DNA of 64,000 nt from Patescibacteria group bacterium (GCA_035529435.1 DATKWS010000154.1:22064-86063), one strand, 5' to 3'; shown: positions 29,612 through 38,738, counted from the stretch's first letter. Notes: generated from the letters alone by a model not told the origin. A program made the numbers and translations.

Positions 29612-29915
29612 GCTTGACAAGCCTGCCGATGCCCAGTACCGCCGCGGTGGTGAGCCCCGCCCCGACGAGAGCGGAAAGGATCGTTCCCACTCCCGTCCGC
29701 CAGCCCTCCGCGGCGAGGCCCGGGAACTCGTACTCGGGGAAGGGCGCACTGGGGCGTTTTTTCTGCGCGTTACGCATTCCATCGGGTGCGAAGCCCACGA
29801 TCTCCGTGACGGAGTTGAGGTCCCATTCCCCCCAAGCGCTTCCGATCACGAGAATGCCGATCGGTGTCAGAATCGCCAGTACGATCAATGCAATCCAACC
29901 CCTGGTGTATCTCAT
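29595..29915 (-). CDS. CbiN/NikN small membrane component of Ni/Co ECF transporter
   Basis: About 106 aa with two TM helices (MRYTRGWIALIVLAILTPIGILVIGSAWGEW…). Its ATG overlaps the cbiM TGA (TGATG). Confidence 0.6.
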   Translation of the reverse strand: MRYTRGWIALIVLAILTPIGILVIGSAWGEWDLNSVTEIVGFAPDGMRNAQKKRPSAPFPEYEFPGLAAEGWRTGVGTILSALVGAGLTTAAVLGIGRLVKHGTHS

Positions 29916-30628
29916 CACGCTCCTCCCCCGCCACCGTCCGGCCCTGCGGACCGGGCGCCGGCGCTGAAGAGCTCGTGGTGGTAGCGTCCGAGAAAGGCGA
30001 CCACTCCTCCGGTGATGACGGCCTCCACCGCTCCGCCGGCGGTGAGATGCGGGATCATCATTGCCGGCACCGTCACCGAGACGTTGAAGGGGCAATAGAG
30101 AGGGGTTCCGTCGGGCAGGTGGTGGAACAGCGGCTGTAATCCCAGCTCCAGCGCAACGGCGAGTGCCGCCGCGTTCAGTCCGATATAGGCGCCGATCGCC
30201 GCCGCGGCGGTGAATCGGCGGCTTCCCGGTTCGGAGGAGCCGGCTACCGCCCTGAATACGAGGTACCCCACGAGCGGCATGACGAAGCCCATGTTGAAGA
30301 CGTTTGCGCCGAGTGCGAGGATACCGCCGTCACCGAAAAAGAGCGCCTGTATGGCGAGGGTCAGCGTGATCGCTAACAGGGCAGGCCAGGGGCCGACGAG
30401 GATCGCGATCAGAACTCCCCCGGCCGCGTGTCCGGTCGTTCCCCCGGGCAACGGGATATTGAACATCATGATGAGGAAGGAGAATGCCGCCAGGATGGCG
30501 AGCAACGGTATGTGCGCCTGCCCCAGGCGCGTGCGGACGGCGCGGAGAGACTGCCACCAGAGGGGGGCCGTCAAAAGATAAAATATCCCCGATGTATGCG
30601 GTGAAATGTACCCGTCGGGTATGTGCAT
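29915..30628 (-). CDS. CbiM/NikM substrate-specific component of Ni/Co ECF transporter
   Basis: Starts with the canonical MHIPDGY N-terminus required for metal coordination. Polytopic. Confidence 0.8.
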   Translation of the reverse strand: MHIPDGYISPHTSGIFYLLTAPLWWQSLRAVRTRLGQAHIPLLAILAAFSFLIMMFNIPLPGGTTGHAAGGVLIAILVGPWPALLAITLTLAIQALFFGDGGILALGANVFNMGFVMPLVGYLVFRAVAGSSEPGSRRFTAAAAIGAYIGLNAAALAVALELGLQPLFHHLPDGTPLYCPFNVSVTVPAMMIPHLTAGGAVEAVITGGVVAFLGRYHHELFSAGARSAGPDGGGGGA

Positions 30629-30791
30629 GAATCCTTCCCACAATCGTGTTATTTTTTATATTTTCGTAACACAACAAATCTATACGATGGCTCCGGTGCG
30701 GTCAAATAGTTTTCTGCTCCGGGAATATCGGATTGCCACGGGCGTTACAGCGTATTACCATGTAGTAGAGTACGTTACGGGAGAATCGAGC

Positions 30792-31508
30792 ATGAGCGGG
30801 ATCGATCGGACACGGAGCCGTCCACAAAGTGGAAACGGGCTTTTCATCAAAGCCTACCGGGCCCTGCGGCGCGTGTACGGCCCGCAGCACTGGTGGCCCG
30901 TGACACCGCCCGGTGAATTCGAGCCGGCCTACACCGGCGGGCCGTGCTCACCGGAACAGGTTTTCGAGGTAGCGGCGGGTGCCGTTCTCACGCAGAACAC
31001 CGCCTGGAAGAATGCGGCCAAGGCCATCGTGAACCTGAACAGGGCCGGTGTTCTCGATCCCGCGGCTATCCGGGACATCGATGAGAGGGAGCTGGCGCAT
31101 CTCGTGCGTCCATCCGGTTATTACAACCAGAAGGCGCGGCGGTTGAAGACGCTGGCCGATTATTTCATCGGCGCGGATGTGGTCACGAGGGAGGCGCTAC
31201 TCCGACTCGGAGGGGTGGGCCCGGAAACAGCCGATTCGATAATGCTTTATGCATTCGGCAGGCCCTATTTCGTCGTCGACGCCTACACGCGGAGAATATT
31301 CGGACGGATGGGAGCGATCGACGGTGGATCATCATACGAGAGCATCAGGGAGACGTTCGAGAGGAGTCTGCCGCGCCGGATTTCCCTGTACCGGGAGTTT
31401 CACGCGCTGATCGTCGAGCATGGCAAACGGAGCTGTCGGCGAAATCCCCTCTGTGCGGCGTGCGTCATCGCCGACCTCTGCGGATGGAAGAACGGAGAGG
31501 CGCTTTGA
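30792..31508 (+). CDS. endonuclease III-like HhH-GPD domain protein (COG2231 type)
   Basis: Helix-hairpin-helix LGGVGPETADSIMLYAFGRPYFVVDAYTRRIF with catalytic Asp. No [4Fe-4S] cysteine cluster. Confidence 0.6.
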   Translation: MSGIDRTRSRPQSGNGLFIKAYRALRRVYGPQHWWPVTPPGEFEPAYTGGPCSPEQVFEVAAGAVLTQNTAWKNAAKAIVNLNRAGVLDPAAIRDIDERELAHLVRPSGYYNQKARRLKTLADYFIGADVVTREALLRLGGVGPETADSIMLYAFGRPYFVVDAYTRRIFGRMGAIDGGSSYESIRETFERSLPRRISLYREFHALIVEHGKRSCRRNPLCAACVIADLCGWKNGEAL

Positions 31509-31550
31509 CATACCGCACGGCGCCATATCCATATCGAAGCATGTATATGG

Positions 31551-31771
31551 TTAGCCTTAATCCGTCATTCTTGTGTATGTGAATGTGTGGCCGGGCGCCG
31601 GGACGGGGGCGCTCCGGCTCAAACAGTCCTCGCGCACCGGATCGGAAGCGTTGTATCCCGAGAGATCACACGTTGTGGCGTGCCGGTGTGCTGCGGAACT
31701 CGCCGTCGGCCGCCGTCCCTACGCGCCCGGCCGGTCCATCAACGACGACAGTATTGACGGATTAAGGTTAA
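31551..31771. mobile_element. MITE-like non-autonomous element with 17-bp terminal inverted repeats (copy 1, about 221 bp)
   Basis: Left end TTAGCCTTAATCCGTCA. Right end TGACGGATTAAGGTTAA is its reverse complement. A near-identical shorter copy lies at 52845-52980. Confidence 0.55.
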
Positions 31772-31920
31772 ATGTTTTACTGTGAAAATAATTCTGGACA
31801 ACGGGTAGAAATTACTTGCCGGATTGGTTATATATCTTTACACTGAATCCGTTTAACTTGCCGAAAGGGGGATTACCCTGGGGTTCTCATAAATAATTGG
31901 AAATTTTTATATTATAGAGA

Positions 31921-31941
31921 TATTAATAATGATTATTGACA
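31921..31941 (+). promoter_or_regulatory. putative Fur box in the fur promoter
   Basis: AT-rich palindromic AATAATGATTATT about 70 bp upstream of the fur start, resembling the GATAATGATAATCATTATC consensus. Confidence 0.3.
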
Positions 31942-32006
31942 AATAAACATGTTAGATGATAGAATGTACAATTGGGGCAACGCTGATCTGATAGGAGGAA
32001 CTGTTA

Positions 32007-32423
32007 ATGCACTCGTTTGATAAAACCATCCAGAAACTCCGACAGGAAGGTTTCAAGCTGACCCCGCAGAGGCTCGCCGTGATCAAGCACATGATCGGCA
32101 ACAGCAGGCATCCATCAGCGCTGGCGATTCATAAGGATCTGAAGCGCCGGTATCCGAGTCTTTCATTTTCGACCGTCTACAACACACTGAACATGCTCGA
32201 GAGGATCGAGGAGGTGCAATCGCTCAACGTCATCGACGGTCACCTGAATTACGATCCCGATATCAGCACCCATGGCCACTTCCTCTGCACCAAATGCGGC
32301 ACGATCCATGATATCCGTTTCGAGGATTGCGACGATATCAAGCTGCCGCAGGGCGAGATCGGAGGCCATACCATCTCCTCGATACAGGTATCATTCAAGG
32401 GGACGTGCAGGATTTGCCGCTAG
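32007..32423 (+). CDS. fur: Fur-family metalloregulator (Fur/PerR/Zur)
   Basis: 138 aa. Winged-helix N-terminus and C-terminal metal-site motifs HGHFLCTKCG…CxxC (structural Zn). Confidence 0.8.
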   Translation: MHSFDKTIQKLRQEGFKLTPQRLAVIKHMIGNSRHPSALAIHKDLKRRYPSLSFSTVYNTLNMLERIEEVQSLNVIDGHLNYDPDISTHGHFLCTKCGTIHDIRFEDCDDIKLPQGEIGGHTISSIQVSFKGTCRICR

Positions 32424-32432
32424 GAAGTTTTC

Positions 32433-33050
32433 GTGATAGCGCAGGGTTGGAAATGTTCGCAATGCGGTTTCATTACCGTTGACCTCTTCCCCCCCGATAA
32501 CTGCCCGAAATGCAACGCCGACCGATCGGCATTCGAAACGGAACATGCGGTCAAGTTTTCCCAGGATGAGCGCGATGGCGTATTCAATGCCTGCTGGAGC
32601 GTCAGCTACGGGCTGTACCTCGTCAGCTCCATAGACGGCGACAAGATGAACGGGCAGATATGCAACACGCTCTTTCAGATCACCAGCGATCCTCCCCGCA
32701 TCGCCATCGGGATCAACCACGGAAACCTCACGCACGAGTACATAGAGAAAAGCGGTGTTTTTGCTGCATCCGTCCTCGGTGAGAACGACCACAGGATCGT
32801 CCGGCGCTTCGGGTACCGGTCCGGCCGGGATTTCGACAAATTCAAGGGTGTTCCCCTATTCAAGGGGAAGACGGGATGTCCGATATACGAGAAGGCCGTT
32901 GCGTACATCGAGTGCACCATTCTCAGGGACAAGACGACCGACGCCGGCACGCACAGCATCTTCATCGGGGATATCGTGAACGGCGCCCGCCTCACGGAGG
33001 ACGTTCCGATGACGTACGCGTTCTACCACGAAACCAAGGATAAGATTTGA
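32433..33050 (+). CDS. rubredoxin-like zinc-ribbon fused to flavin-reductase-like (FMN-binding split-barrel) domain
   Basis: N-terminal WKCSQCGF…CPKC (two CxxC). Following domain matches flavin reductase-like fold (PRIAIGINHGNLTHEYIEKSGVFAASV…). GTG start with AGGAAG RBS. Confidence 0.65.
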   Translation: MIAQGWKCSQCGFITVDLFPPDNCPKCNADRSAFETEHAVKFSQDERDGVFNACWSVSYGLYLVSSIDGDKMNGQICNTLFQITSDPPRIAIGINHGNLTHEYIEKSGVFAASVLGENDHRIVRRFGYRSGRDFDKFKGVPLFKGKTGCPIYEKAVAYIECTILRDKTTDAGTHSIFIGDIVNGARLTEDVPMTYAFYHETKDKI

Positions 33051-33168
33051 TCGGGACACCACCGGTATCACTTCGGCGCGGCGTTCCCGGGTCCGGTGTT
33101 TCGGATATAATTCCCTTCACAAACGGATCGTATTGTGTTTTCCTTTCAATTCGGGAAGGCATCGAAAC

Positions 33169-34167
33169 GTGAAGAGCGAAGATCAAAAGAAGCAGATACT
33201 GGATATACTCTCCGGCGCGATCCTGCGGGAGACGGATGCGTTCAATTACTATCACCGGAACGCCGATGGTCCGTCGGCACCGCCCGCCGTACGCGGGCTC
33301 TTCTCGCGGCTGGCGGAGGAGGAGCGGGTCCACCGTCACCTGCTGATCAACGAATTTCTCTCGGTGAAGCGCGGGTGGCGCGAGGAGGAGGGGGAAGGGA
33401 TAAAACACATTCCCGCATTCAGGGTGCCCGACAAGATCCCCTTCCTTCCCCTTCGGACCGGGCCGGATCTCGATGCCGCCGCGGTCTGCCTGCCGGGGAG
33501 GCTCGTGGGTGGTGACAACGTATTCTCCGCGGTCGTGCGCGATCATGCCGGCAACGCGACGGGTACATTCCTCGTTCTGTATGATGCGATGGGGCACAGT
33601 TTCGAGACGACGGAAACAAACGCGCTTGCCGCCAGGATTGTCGGCGAGCATTTCGAAGCATCGAGCACGGCCCGTATGCAGCAGGAGCTCCTCGCTCCCG
33701 ATCTGGTGGCGAAACTGCTGAACGAGAAACTGCATGAGAAGTTCGACGGGCAGGGTGTTTTTATCACACTGTTCTGTGCGACGTTCGATACACGGAGTGC
33801 CACGATGTCCTATACCTGCGGCGGGCACGAGCCGCCATTCGTCGTTCGCGCGGACGGGCGGGTGGAATCGCTCCTCAACACGCAGCTCATCGTCGGGATC
33901 GATCCCGATTTCGACTATACCGCCGATGCGGTGCCGTTCGGGGAAGGGGACATTCTCTGCATCTTCACCGACGGGATTGTGGAGGCGAGAAACGAGGAGG
34001 GTGATTTCTTCGGCCGCAGCGGTGTGCAGGCGGTGCTTGCGCGGAGCGGTCCTGCAACGCCCCGCCAACTGATAGAGGACCTGCTCGAGGGGGTTCGGAA
34101 TCACTCGGCGGCCGAACTGATACAGGATGAGATTTCAATAGTTGTCGTCAGATCGAAAGGAGCGTAG
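33169..34167 (+). CDS. rubrerythrin/ferritin-like domain fused to PP2C-type (SpoIIE/RsbU) serine phosphatase
   Basis: N-terminal helix pair with E…ExxH (LRETDAFNYYH / EEERVHRH). C-terminal PP2C motifs GDNVFSAV, DAMGHSFE, CGGHEPP and FTDGIVEARN. Confidence 0.65.
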   Translation: MKSEDQKKQILDILSGAILRETDAFNYYHRNADGPSAPPAVRGLFSRLAEEERVHRHLLINEFLSVKRGWREEEGEGIKHIPAFRVPDKIPFLPLRTGPDLDAAAVCLPGRLVGGDNVFSAVVRDHAGNATGTFLVLYDAMGHSFETTETNALAARIVGEHFEASSTARMQQELLAPDLVAKLLNEKLHEKFDGQGVFITLFCATFDTRSATMSYTCGGHEPPFVVRADGRVESLLNTQLIVGIDPDFDYTADAVPFGEGDILCIFTDGIVEARNEEGDFFGRSGVQAVLARSGPATPRQLIEDLLEGVRNHSAAELIQDEISIVVVRSKGA

Positions 34168-34192
34168 CAGCGTGGCTCGACACGATTCCGAG

Positions 34193-34663
34193 ATGAAAAT
34201 GGCGATCGAGGGTGCGATCTACCGGGAGATAGGGGCGCGGGATTTCTACCGCACCATTGCCGAAGGTATTCAGAATGCGGAGGGGAAGGAGAAGTTCTCC
34301 CGGCTCTCGGAAGACGAGGACGGCCACCGGGCGAAGCTCGAGTCGTGGCTCGACAGGTTGTTCGGGGAATCATTCTCGCCGCAGCCGGACAAGCTCAAGG
34401 AGTCGGAGATCGGTGGGATCGGCATAGATGAACGCACGGGCGCGCTCGAAGCGCTGAACATAGCCATCGGTGCGGAGGAAGAGGCGGAGGCGTTTTACCG
34501 GAATCAGGCGGCCGGTACAGATATTCCGGAGCTGAGGGAGCTGCTGCTCGGTATAGCGGACGAGGAGCACGGCCATTTTGCGATGCTCGAGGCGGAACGG
34601 AATTCGATCATCGGCGGTTTCTACTGGTTCGATATGGATTCGACATCGTTTCTCGAGGACTGA
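34193..34663 (+). CDS. rubrerythrin-like diiron four-helix-bundle protein (no rubredoxin domain)
   Basis: Two E…ExxH pairs ([17 protein letters not shown] and [18 protein letters not shown]) characteristic of ferritin-like diiron sites. Confidence 0.65.
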   Translation: MKMAIEGAIYREIGARDFYRTIAEGIQNAEGKEKFSRLSEDEDGHRAKLESWLDRLFGESFSPQPDKLKESEIGGIGIDERTGALEALNIAIGAEEEAEAFYRNQAAGTDIPELRELLLGIADEEHGHFAMLEAERNSIIGGFYWFDMDSTSFLED

Positions 34664-34748
34664 CGGACATCCCGTCCTGTGGAACGCCGGCGAACGACCC
34701 GCCACGGGACGGCGCGATGCACCGGGGATGCAATGGGAGGTTTCATTG

Positions 34749-34865
34749 GTGAAAAAATGGAAGTGTACCCTCTGCGGATACATTCATACCGGCATGGAAC
34801 CCCCGGATGAATGTCCGGTCTGCGGGGCGCCGAAGGAGAAATTCGTCGAGTATGTCCTCGCATAG
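34749..34865 (+). CDS. mini rubredoxin-like zinc-ribbon protein (38 aa)
   Basis: [15 protein letters not shown]…[11 protein letters not shown], i.e. two CxxCG knuckles. GTG start 8 nt after a GGGAGG RBS. Confidence 0.5.
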   Translation: MKKWKCTLCGYIHTGMEPPDECPVCGAPKEKFVEYVLA

Positions 34866-34896
34866 ATCGGGGAGTATCTGTACGAGAGAGGAGACC

Positions 34897-35058
34897 ATGA
34901 TGGAAAAGTGGAAATGTACGTTGTGCGGTTACATCTACGATCCCGCCCTGGGTGACCCGGATAACGGCGTCGAGCCAGGTACGGCCTTCGAGGACCTCCC
35001 CGATGACTGGGTGTGCCCGGACTGCGGCGCCGGCAAAGAAGATTTCGAGAAGGTGTGA
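34897..35058 (+). CDS. rubredoxin
   Basis: 53 aa canonical [12 protein letters not shown]…[16 protein letters not shown]. Preceded by a GGAGA RBS. Confidence 0.85.
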   Translation: MMEKWKCTLCGYIYDPALGDPDNGVEPGTAFEDLPDDWVCPDCGAGKEDFEKV

Positions 35059-35075
35059 CACCCACACCCGGTTGA

Positions 35076-36770
35076 TTGCGACGCAGTAGTCACCCGATGA
35101 GCCGAAACGATCGGGGGCTGCCGGATCGTGCTCGCTGCACGGGGCGGGAGACCACGGACGTGACAACGAATGAAGGAAATACCGCAGCGCCGCGACCGCA
35201 CGCTGAACGCAGGCGGTTTCTCGTTTCGATGGGTATCCTCGCGGGCGGCGCCCTCGTCGTGCGGGCCGCGTTCCTCGGGTGCCGCATGGTTCTCAGTGGT
35301 GACGAGGTTCATTATGCGGAATCGCTCCACCGGTTCATGGAGGGGAGGTTCACAGAGGGATTCTCCGATTACTGGTCGTTCTTCTATCCCTTCCTCGCAC
35401 TTCCGTTCGGAAAGATTTACGGGAGCGCAGAGCCGGCCCTGCGGCTGCTGTCCGTAATCTGCGGCGGCGCGGTCGTCGTGCCGTGCATGCTCATCGCGCG
35501 ACGCCTGTGGGGTGATCGCGCGGCCCTCCTGGCGGGAATCCTCATCGCGCTCCACCCAAGTCTCATACAATTTTCGACCGCCGCGATGACCGAGTCCCTC
35601 TCCGCGCTCCTTGTCTCGACCGCACTCTACCTGCTCATCCGGTTCCTGCAGGACGGCGGCAGATGGTTTTTTGTCGCCGGCGGTGTGGTGCTGGGGCTCG
35701 CTTACCTGACGCGCCAGGAGGCGCAGTTCATTCTCGCCCTCGTTGTTGTTGTCGTATTACTCGCCGGCGCGGGGACGGTTCCCCGGGGAAAGCGTCTTGT
35801 ACGCGCGGCGGTGCTGGCGGCGTTTTTCATAGTAACGATTCTCCCGAGCGTATTCTTGCTGCGGGCGAAGACGGGCCGGTGGACGGGGGGATCGAAGGCA
35901 TCGGTCAATCTCAGCTCACCGCTCATCTGGGAGGACGGCATCGAACGGGAACGGTACGTCTACGGCCTGAACGAATCCGGCACGGGGCGCCGTATCGATG
36001 AGATCGGTAGGGAGAGCGTCCTTGCAACGCTCTGGCGACAGCGGGACGCGGTGGTCTCCCGGTACTTCCCGAACCTCACGAGGGGAGTCGCCCTTCTGCC
36101 GAACCTCCTCGCCAGTCCGTTTCTCCTGCTCCTCGTGCCCCTCGGGCTGTTCGGGCGGGGATGGCGGCGGGGGGATCGCATGATTGAATTCGTGCTCCTC
36201 CTCGTCGGCATTCTTCCGTTCGTTCTCTATGCCGTTTTCCGGATCGATTTCCGGTACCTCGTTCCGTTTCTGCCCGTGTACCTCCTGTGGGGCGCACGGG
36301 GGTGTGGTGTGCTCGTCTCGTGGCTGCGTGAGAATGTATCACCGCGACCGATTCTATCCGTGATCACCCTGTTCGTTATCCTGGCGAGCCTCGTTCCATT
36401 CACGGTACGGCGCTATGCTCTTCTGGCCGCGAGCCAGCCGGTCGAGTACCGTGAGATCGGACGGTGGATCAGGGACAACGGCGGCGGGGGCGCCATGATT
36501 CTCGCGCCGTCGGGTTGGTCGGTCGGGTACTACGCGGGGAATCCGCTCGCCACCTTTATACCATGGACCGATCCGGACGGGCTCATCCGCTATGCCCGGT
36601 ACCACCGGTTCGAGTATCTCGTGCTCGGTACCGCGTATATCGAACACGCACGGCCGGCGCTCGAGCCGCTCGTCCGTGAGCCTGAGTACCCGGGATTCGA
36701 ATTGATACATACCTTTACAGACCGGTCCGGCGGAGAGATATTACTCTACCGCCTCGGCACCACCTCCTGA
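35076..36770 (+). CDS. GT39/ArnT-like (PMT family) membrane glycosyltransferase
   Basis: Polytopic. N-terminal extracytoplasmic-loop DE motif (SGDEVHYAE) typical of the GT-C PMT/ArnT family. Confidence 0.6.
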   Translation: MRRSSHPMSRNDRGLPDRARCTGRETTDVTTNEGNTAAPRPHAERRRFLVSMGILAGGALVVRAAFLGCRMVLSGDEVHYAESLHRFMEGRFTEGFSDYWSFFYPFLALPFGKIYGSAEPALRLLSVICGGAVVVPCMLIARRLWGDRAALLAGILIALHPSLIQFSTAAMTESLSALLVSTALYLLIRFLQDGGRWFFVAGGVVLGLAYLTRQEAQFILALVVVVVLLAGAGTVPRGKRLVRAAVLAAFFIVTILPSVFLLRAKTGRWTGGSKASVNLSSPLIWEDGIERERYVYGLNESGTGRRIDEIGRESVLATLWRQRDAVVSRYFPNLTRGVALLPNLLASPFLLLLVPLGLFGRGWRRGDRMIEFVLLLVGILPFVLYAVFRIDFRYLVPFLPVYLLWGARGCGVLVSWLRENVSPRPILSVITLFVILASLVPFTVRRYALLAASQPVEYREIGRWIRDNGGGGAMILAPSGWSVGYYAGNPLATFIPWTDPDGLIRYARYHRFEYLVLGTAYIEHARPALEPLVREPEYPGFELIHTFTDRSGGEILLYRLGTTS

Positions 36771-37160
36771 AAATACGATCCGGCACCAAAACCGCGGCCC
36801 CGTGATCCGGACCGGTACCGATCCACGGTACGGCTTTCGTATGTGGTGTGCCGTTTCCTTTGATTTCCAATCATGCCGTATCGTATCCCGTGCATTCGAT
36901 CTATTTCCCGTTGCCGCCAATTGTTCCCGGTTGTTCCCGGCCGTTTCCCACGGCGTCCACCGGCCTGTCATGATTCTTCATGCGGTGTATTGATATCCCC
37001 CCTATTGTGAATAATTCTTGCAATATTGTTCCTGCAGACAACGTCACGGATGCGCCGTGAAAAGTATAAGTCAATTATTTTTAATGACTTCGTTCGATTT
37101 CACCACATGCCGGCCATGGCGGAAAATCGAGCGGTATGGTGAGTTTCATTTCAGCCGATT

Positions 37161-38714
37161 ATGCAAAACCTGAGTTTCAAGATACAGATCGCCATGCTTG
37201 TCAGCCTGCTTGTTGCGGGGCTCGTGGCCGCATTTTCCTGGACGGTTGCCACGCGGGAACGGAGCATGATTCTATCGGAGGTTCTCCACCGCGTGGTTCT
37301 GCAGGGCCGGAACCTGGCGCTCAGCTCGGCAAAACCGCTTTTACACGAGGATCCCGAGTTTGAATTGCATCCACTCGTTGCCAAGGTAATCGAATACGAT
37401 CACGATGTTGTTTCGATCGTCGTGGTCGATCACAATAGCGTTATCAAGGGCCACCGGGACGTTGCGGCTATTGACAAGGTATACATACCGTTAAAAGAGC
37501 TCAGGCCCATAGATCAGGTCACGCACCAGTCGGCCGGCGAGACATTCAGGGAAAACGAGAGTTTCATCGAGGTGTCCGTTCCCGTCACCGATCGGAGGGA
37601 GAGAATCGGGACGGTATACCTTCAATACTCCAAACGGGGGATTCGCGAGGCCATGGATACCATCAAGGGGAGGATACTGCGCATCGGCCTTTTTGCGCTC
37701 GCCGTGGGTGTACTGCTCTCCCTTCTGCTCGCCTTCCATATTACGAGTCCCATCAGTAAACTGACACGGGGCGCCGAATCGATCGGCCGCGGGAATCTCG
37801 ACACGAGGATCAAGATCAGGTCGGTGAAGGAGATTCAGGCACTCGCGCACACCTTCAACGAGATGGCCAGGAGTCTCGAGGAGAGTCACCGCGCGATGCT
37901 CGACAAGGAGAGGATGGAGAAGGAGCTCGAGATCGCGCGCGAGATCCAGGAGACGCTCCTGCCGGCGCATCTGCCGCATCTGCGCAATTTCGAAATTGAT
38001 GCATACTACCATCCCGCCTCCCAGGTCGGTGGTGACTATTTCGATCTCATACGGGTCGACGAGCGGCACCTCATGATCGTTGTCGGCGATGTCGCGGGCA
38101 AGGGCGTTCCCGGTCTCGTCATCATGGCGATGGCGAGAATTCTCGTGCGGCATTTGGCGCTCAAGGGGGAGCGGCCGTCGAAACTTCTGCGTCATCTCAA
38201 TGTGCTCCTGAAGCGCGATATGAAACGGAACCTCTTCCTGACTCTTTTCTGCGGTTTACTCGATACCCACGATGGCACACTCCGATTCGCCAGCGCGGCC
38301 CACATGCCGCTCATCGTGTATCACAGCAACGAACAGATGGTACGCATGATGAGTACGAAGGCCAGGCCGGTCGGGATCTTTTCGGACGAGGTGTTTTCGC
38401 AGGGGCTCGAGGAATATGTCGTTTGTCTCCAACCCGGTGATCTGCTTCTCCAATTCACCGACGGTCTCAACGAGATGCGCGACCCTGCCGGGAATGAGTT
38501 CGGGATAGAGAGGATCATGCAGACGGCATACGACGAGGCGAAGGGTGGCGCCCGGCACCTGATCGCGGAGATAAAGCGGAGACTCGGGGAATTTCGTCAT
38601 GGCGAACTGCAGAGCGACGATCTCACGCTCCTCGCGGTGAGCGCGCTGCCCGCCGGCATGGAGAGGGTAAACGAGGAACGTATGGAGATCCTCGACAGGG
38701 TGGTATTCGATTGA
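37161..38714 (+). CDS. membrane sensor-HAMP-PP2C serine phosphatase (RsbU/SpoIIE family)
   Basis: TM1, about 150-aa periplasmic domain, TM2, HAMP, then PP2C motifs GGDYFD, VGDVAGKG and FTDGLNE. Confidence 0.75.
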   Translation: MQNLSFKIQIAMLVSLLVAGLVAAFSWTVATRERSMILSEVLHRVVLQGRNLALSSAKPLLHEDPEFELHPLVAKVIEYDHDVVSIVVVDHNSVIKGHRDVAAIDKVYIPLKELRPIDQVTHQSAGETFRENESFIEVSVPVTDRRERIGTVYLQYSKRGIREAMDTIKGRILRIGLFALAVGVLLSLLLAFHITSPISKLTRGAESIGRGNLDTRIKIRSVKEIQALAHTFNEMARSLEESHRAMLDKERMEKELEIAREIQETLLPAHLPHLRNFEIDAYYHPASQVGGDYFDLIRVDERHLMIVVGDVAGKGVPGLVIMAMARILVRHLALKGERPSKLLRHLNVLLKRDMKRNLFLTLFCGLLDTHDGTLRFASAAHMPLIVYHSNEQMVRMMSTKARPVGIFSDEVFSQGLEEYVVCLQPGDLLLQFTDGLNEMRDPAGNEFGIERIMQTAYDEAKGGARHLIAEIKRRLGEFRHGELQSDDLTLLAVSALPAGMERVNEERMEILDRVVFD

Positions 38715-38738
38715 GGAAGTACTGAACGGGGTTTCGAT

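Noticed and set aside
27971-29782. Full 603-aa extent of the cbiQ-cbiO ORF
   Set aside because: The first about 57 codons are Arg/Ser/Pro-rich and look non-coding. The start was therefore reassigned to the internal ATG at 29611 (MALTLEKN…), which begins the hydrophobic CbiQ region.
30629-30790. Possible cobalamin riboswitch in the cbiM leader
   Set aside because: No B12-box-like conserved core was recognisable by eye in the minus-strand leader. The operon has a NikR regulator, which argues for protein-based nickel control.
31573-31785. 70-aa ORF inside MITE copy 1 (and the 94-aa ORF 52815-53099 over copy 2)
   Set aside because: It lies within a repeated non-coding element bounded by inverted repeats. 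There is no RBS or conservation beyond the repeat itself.
32992-34104. 370-aa minus-strand ORF opposite the rubrerythrin-PP2C gene
   Set aside because: The plus-strand frame has clear PP2C and ferritin-like motifs and an RBS. The minus-strand product has no motifs and the biased composition of an antisense frame.
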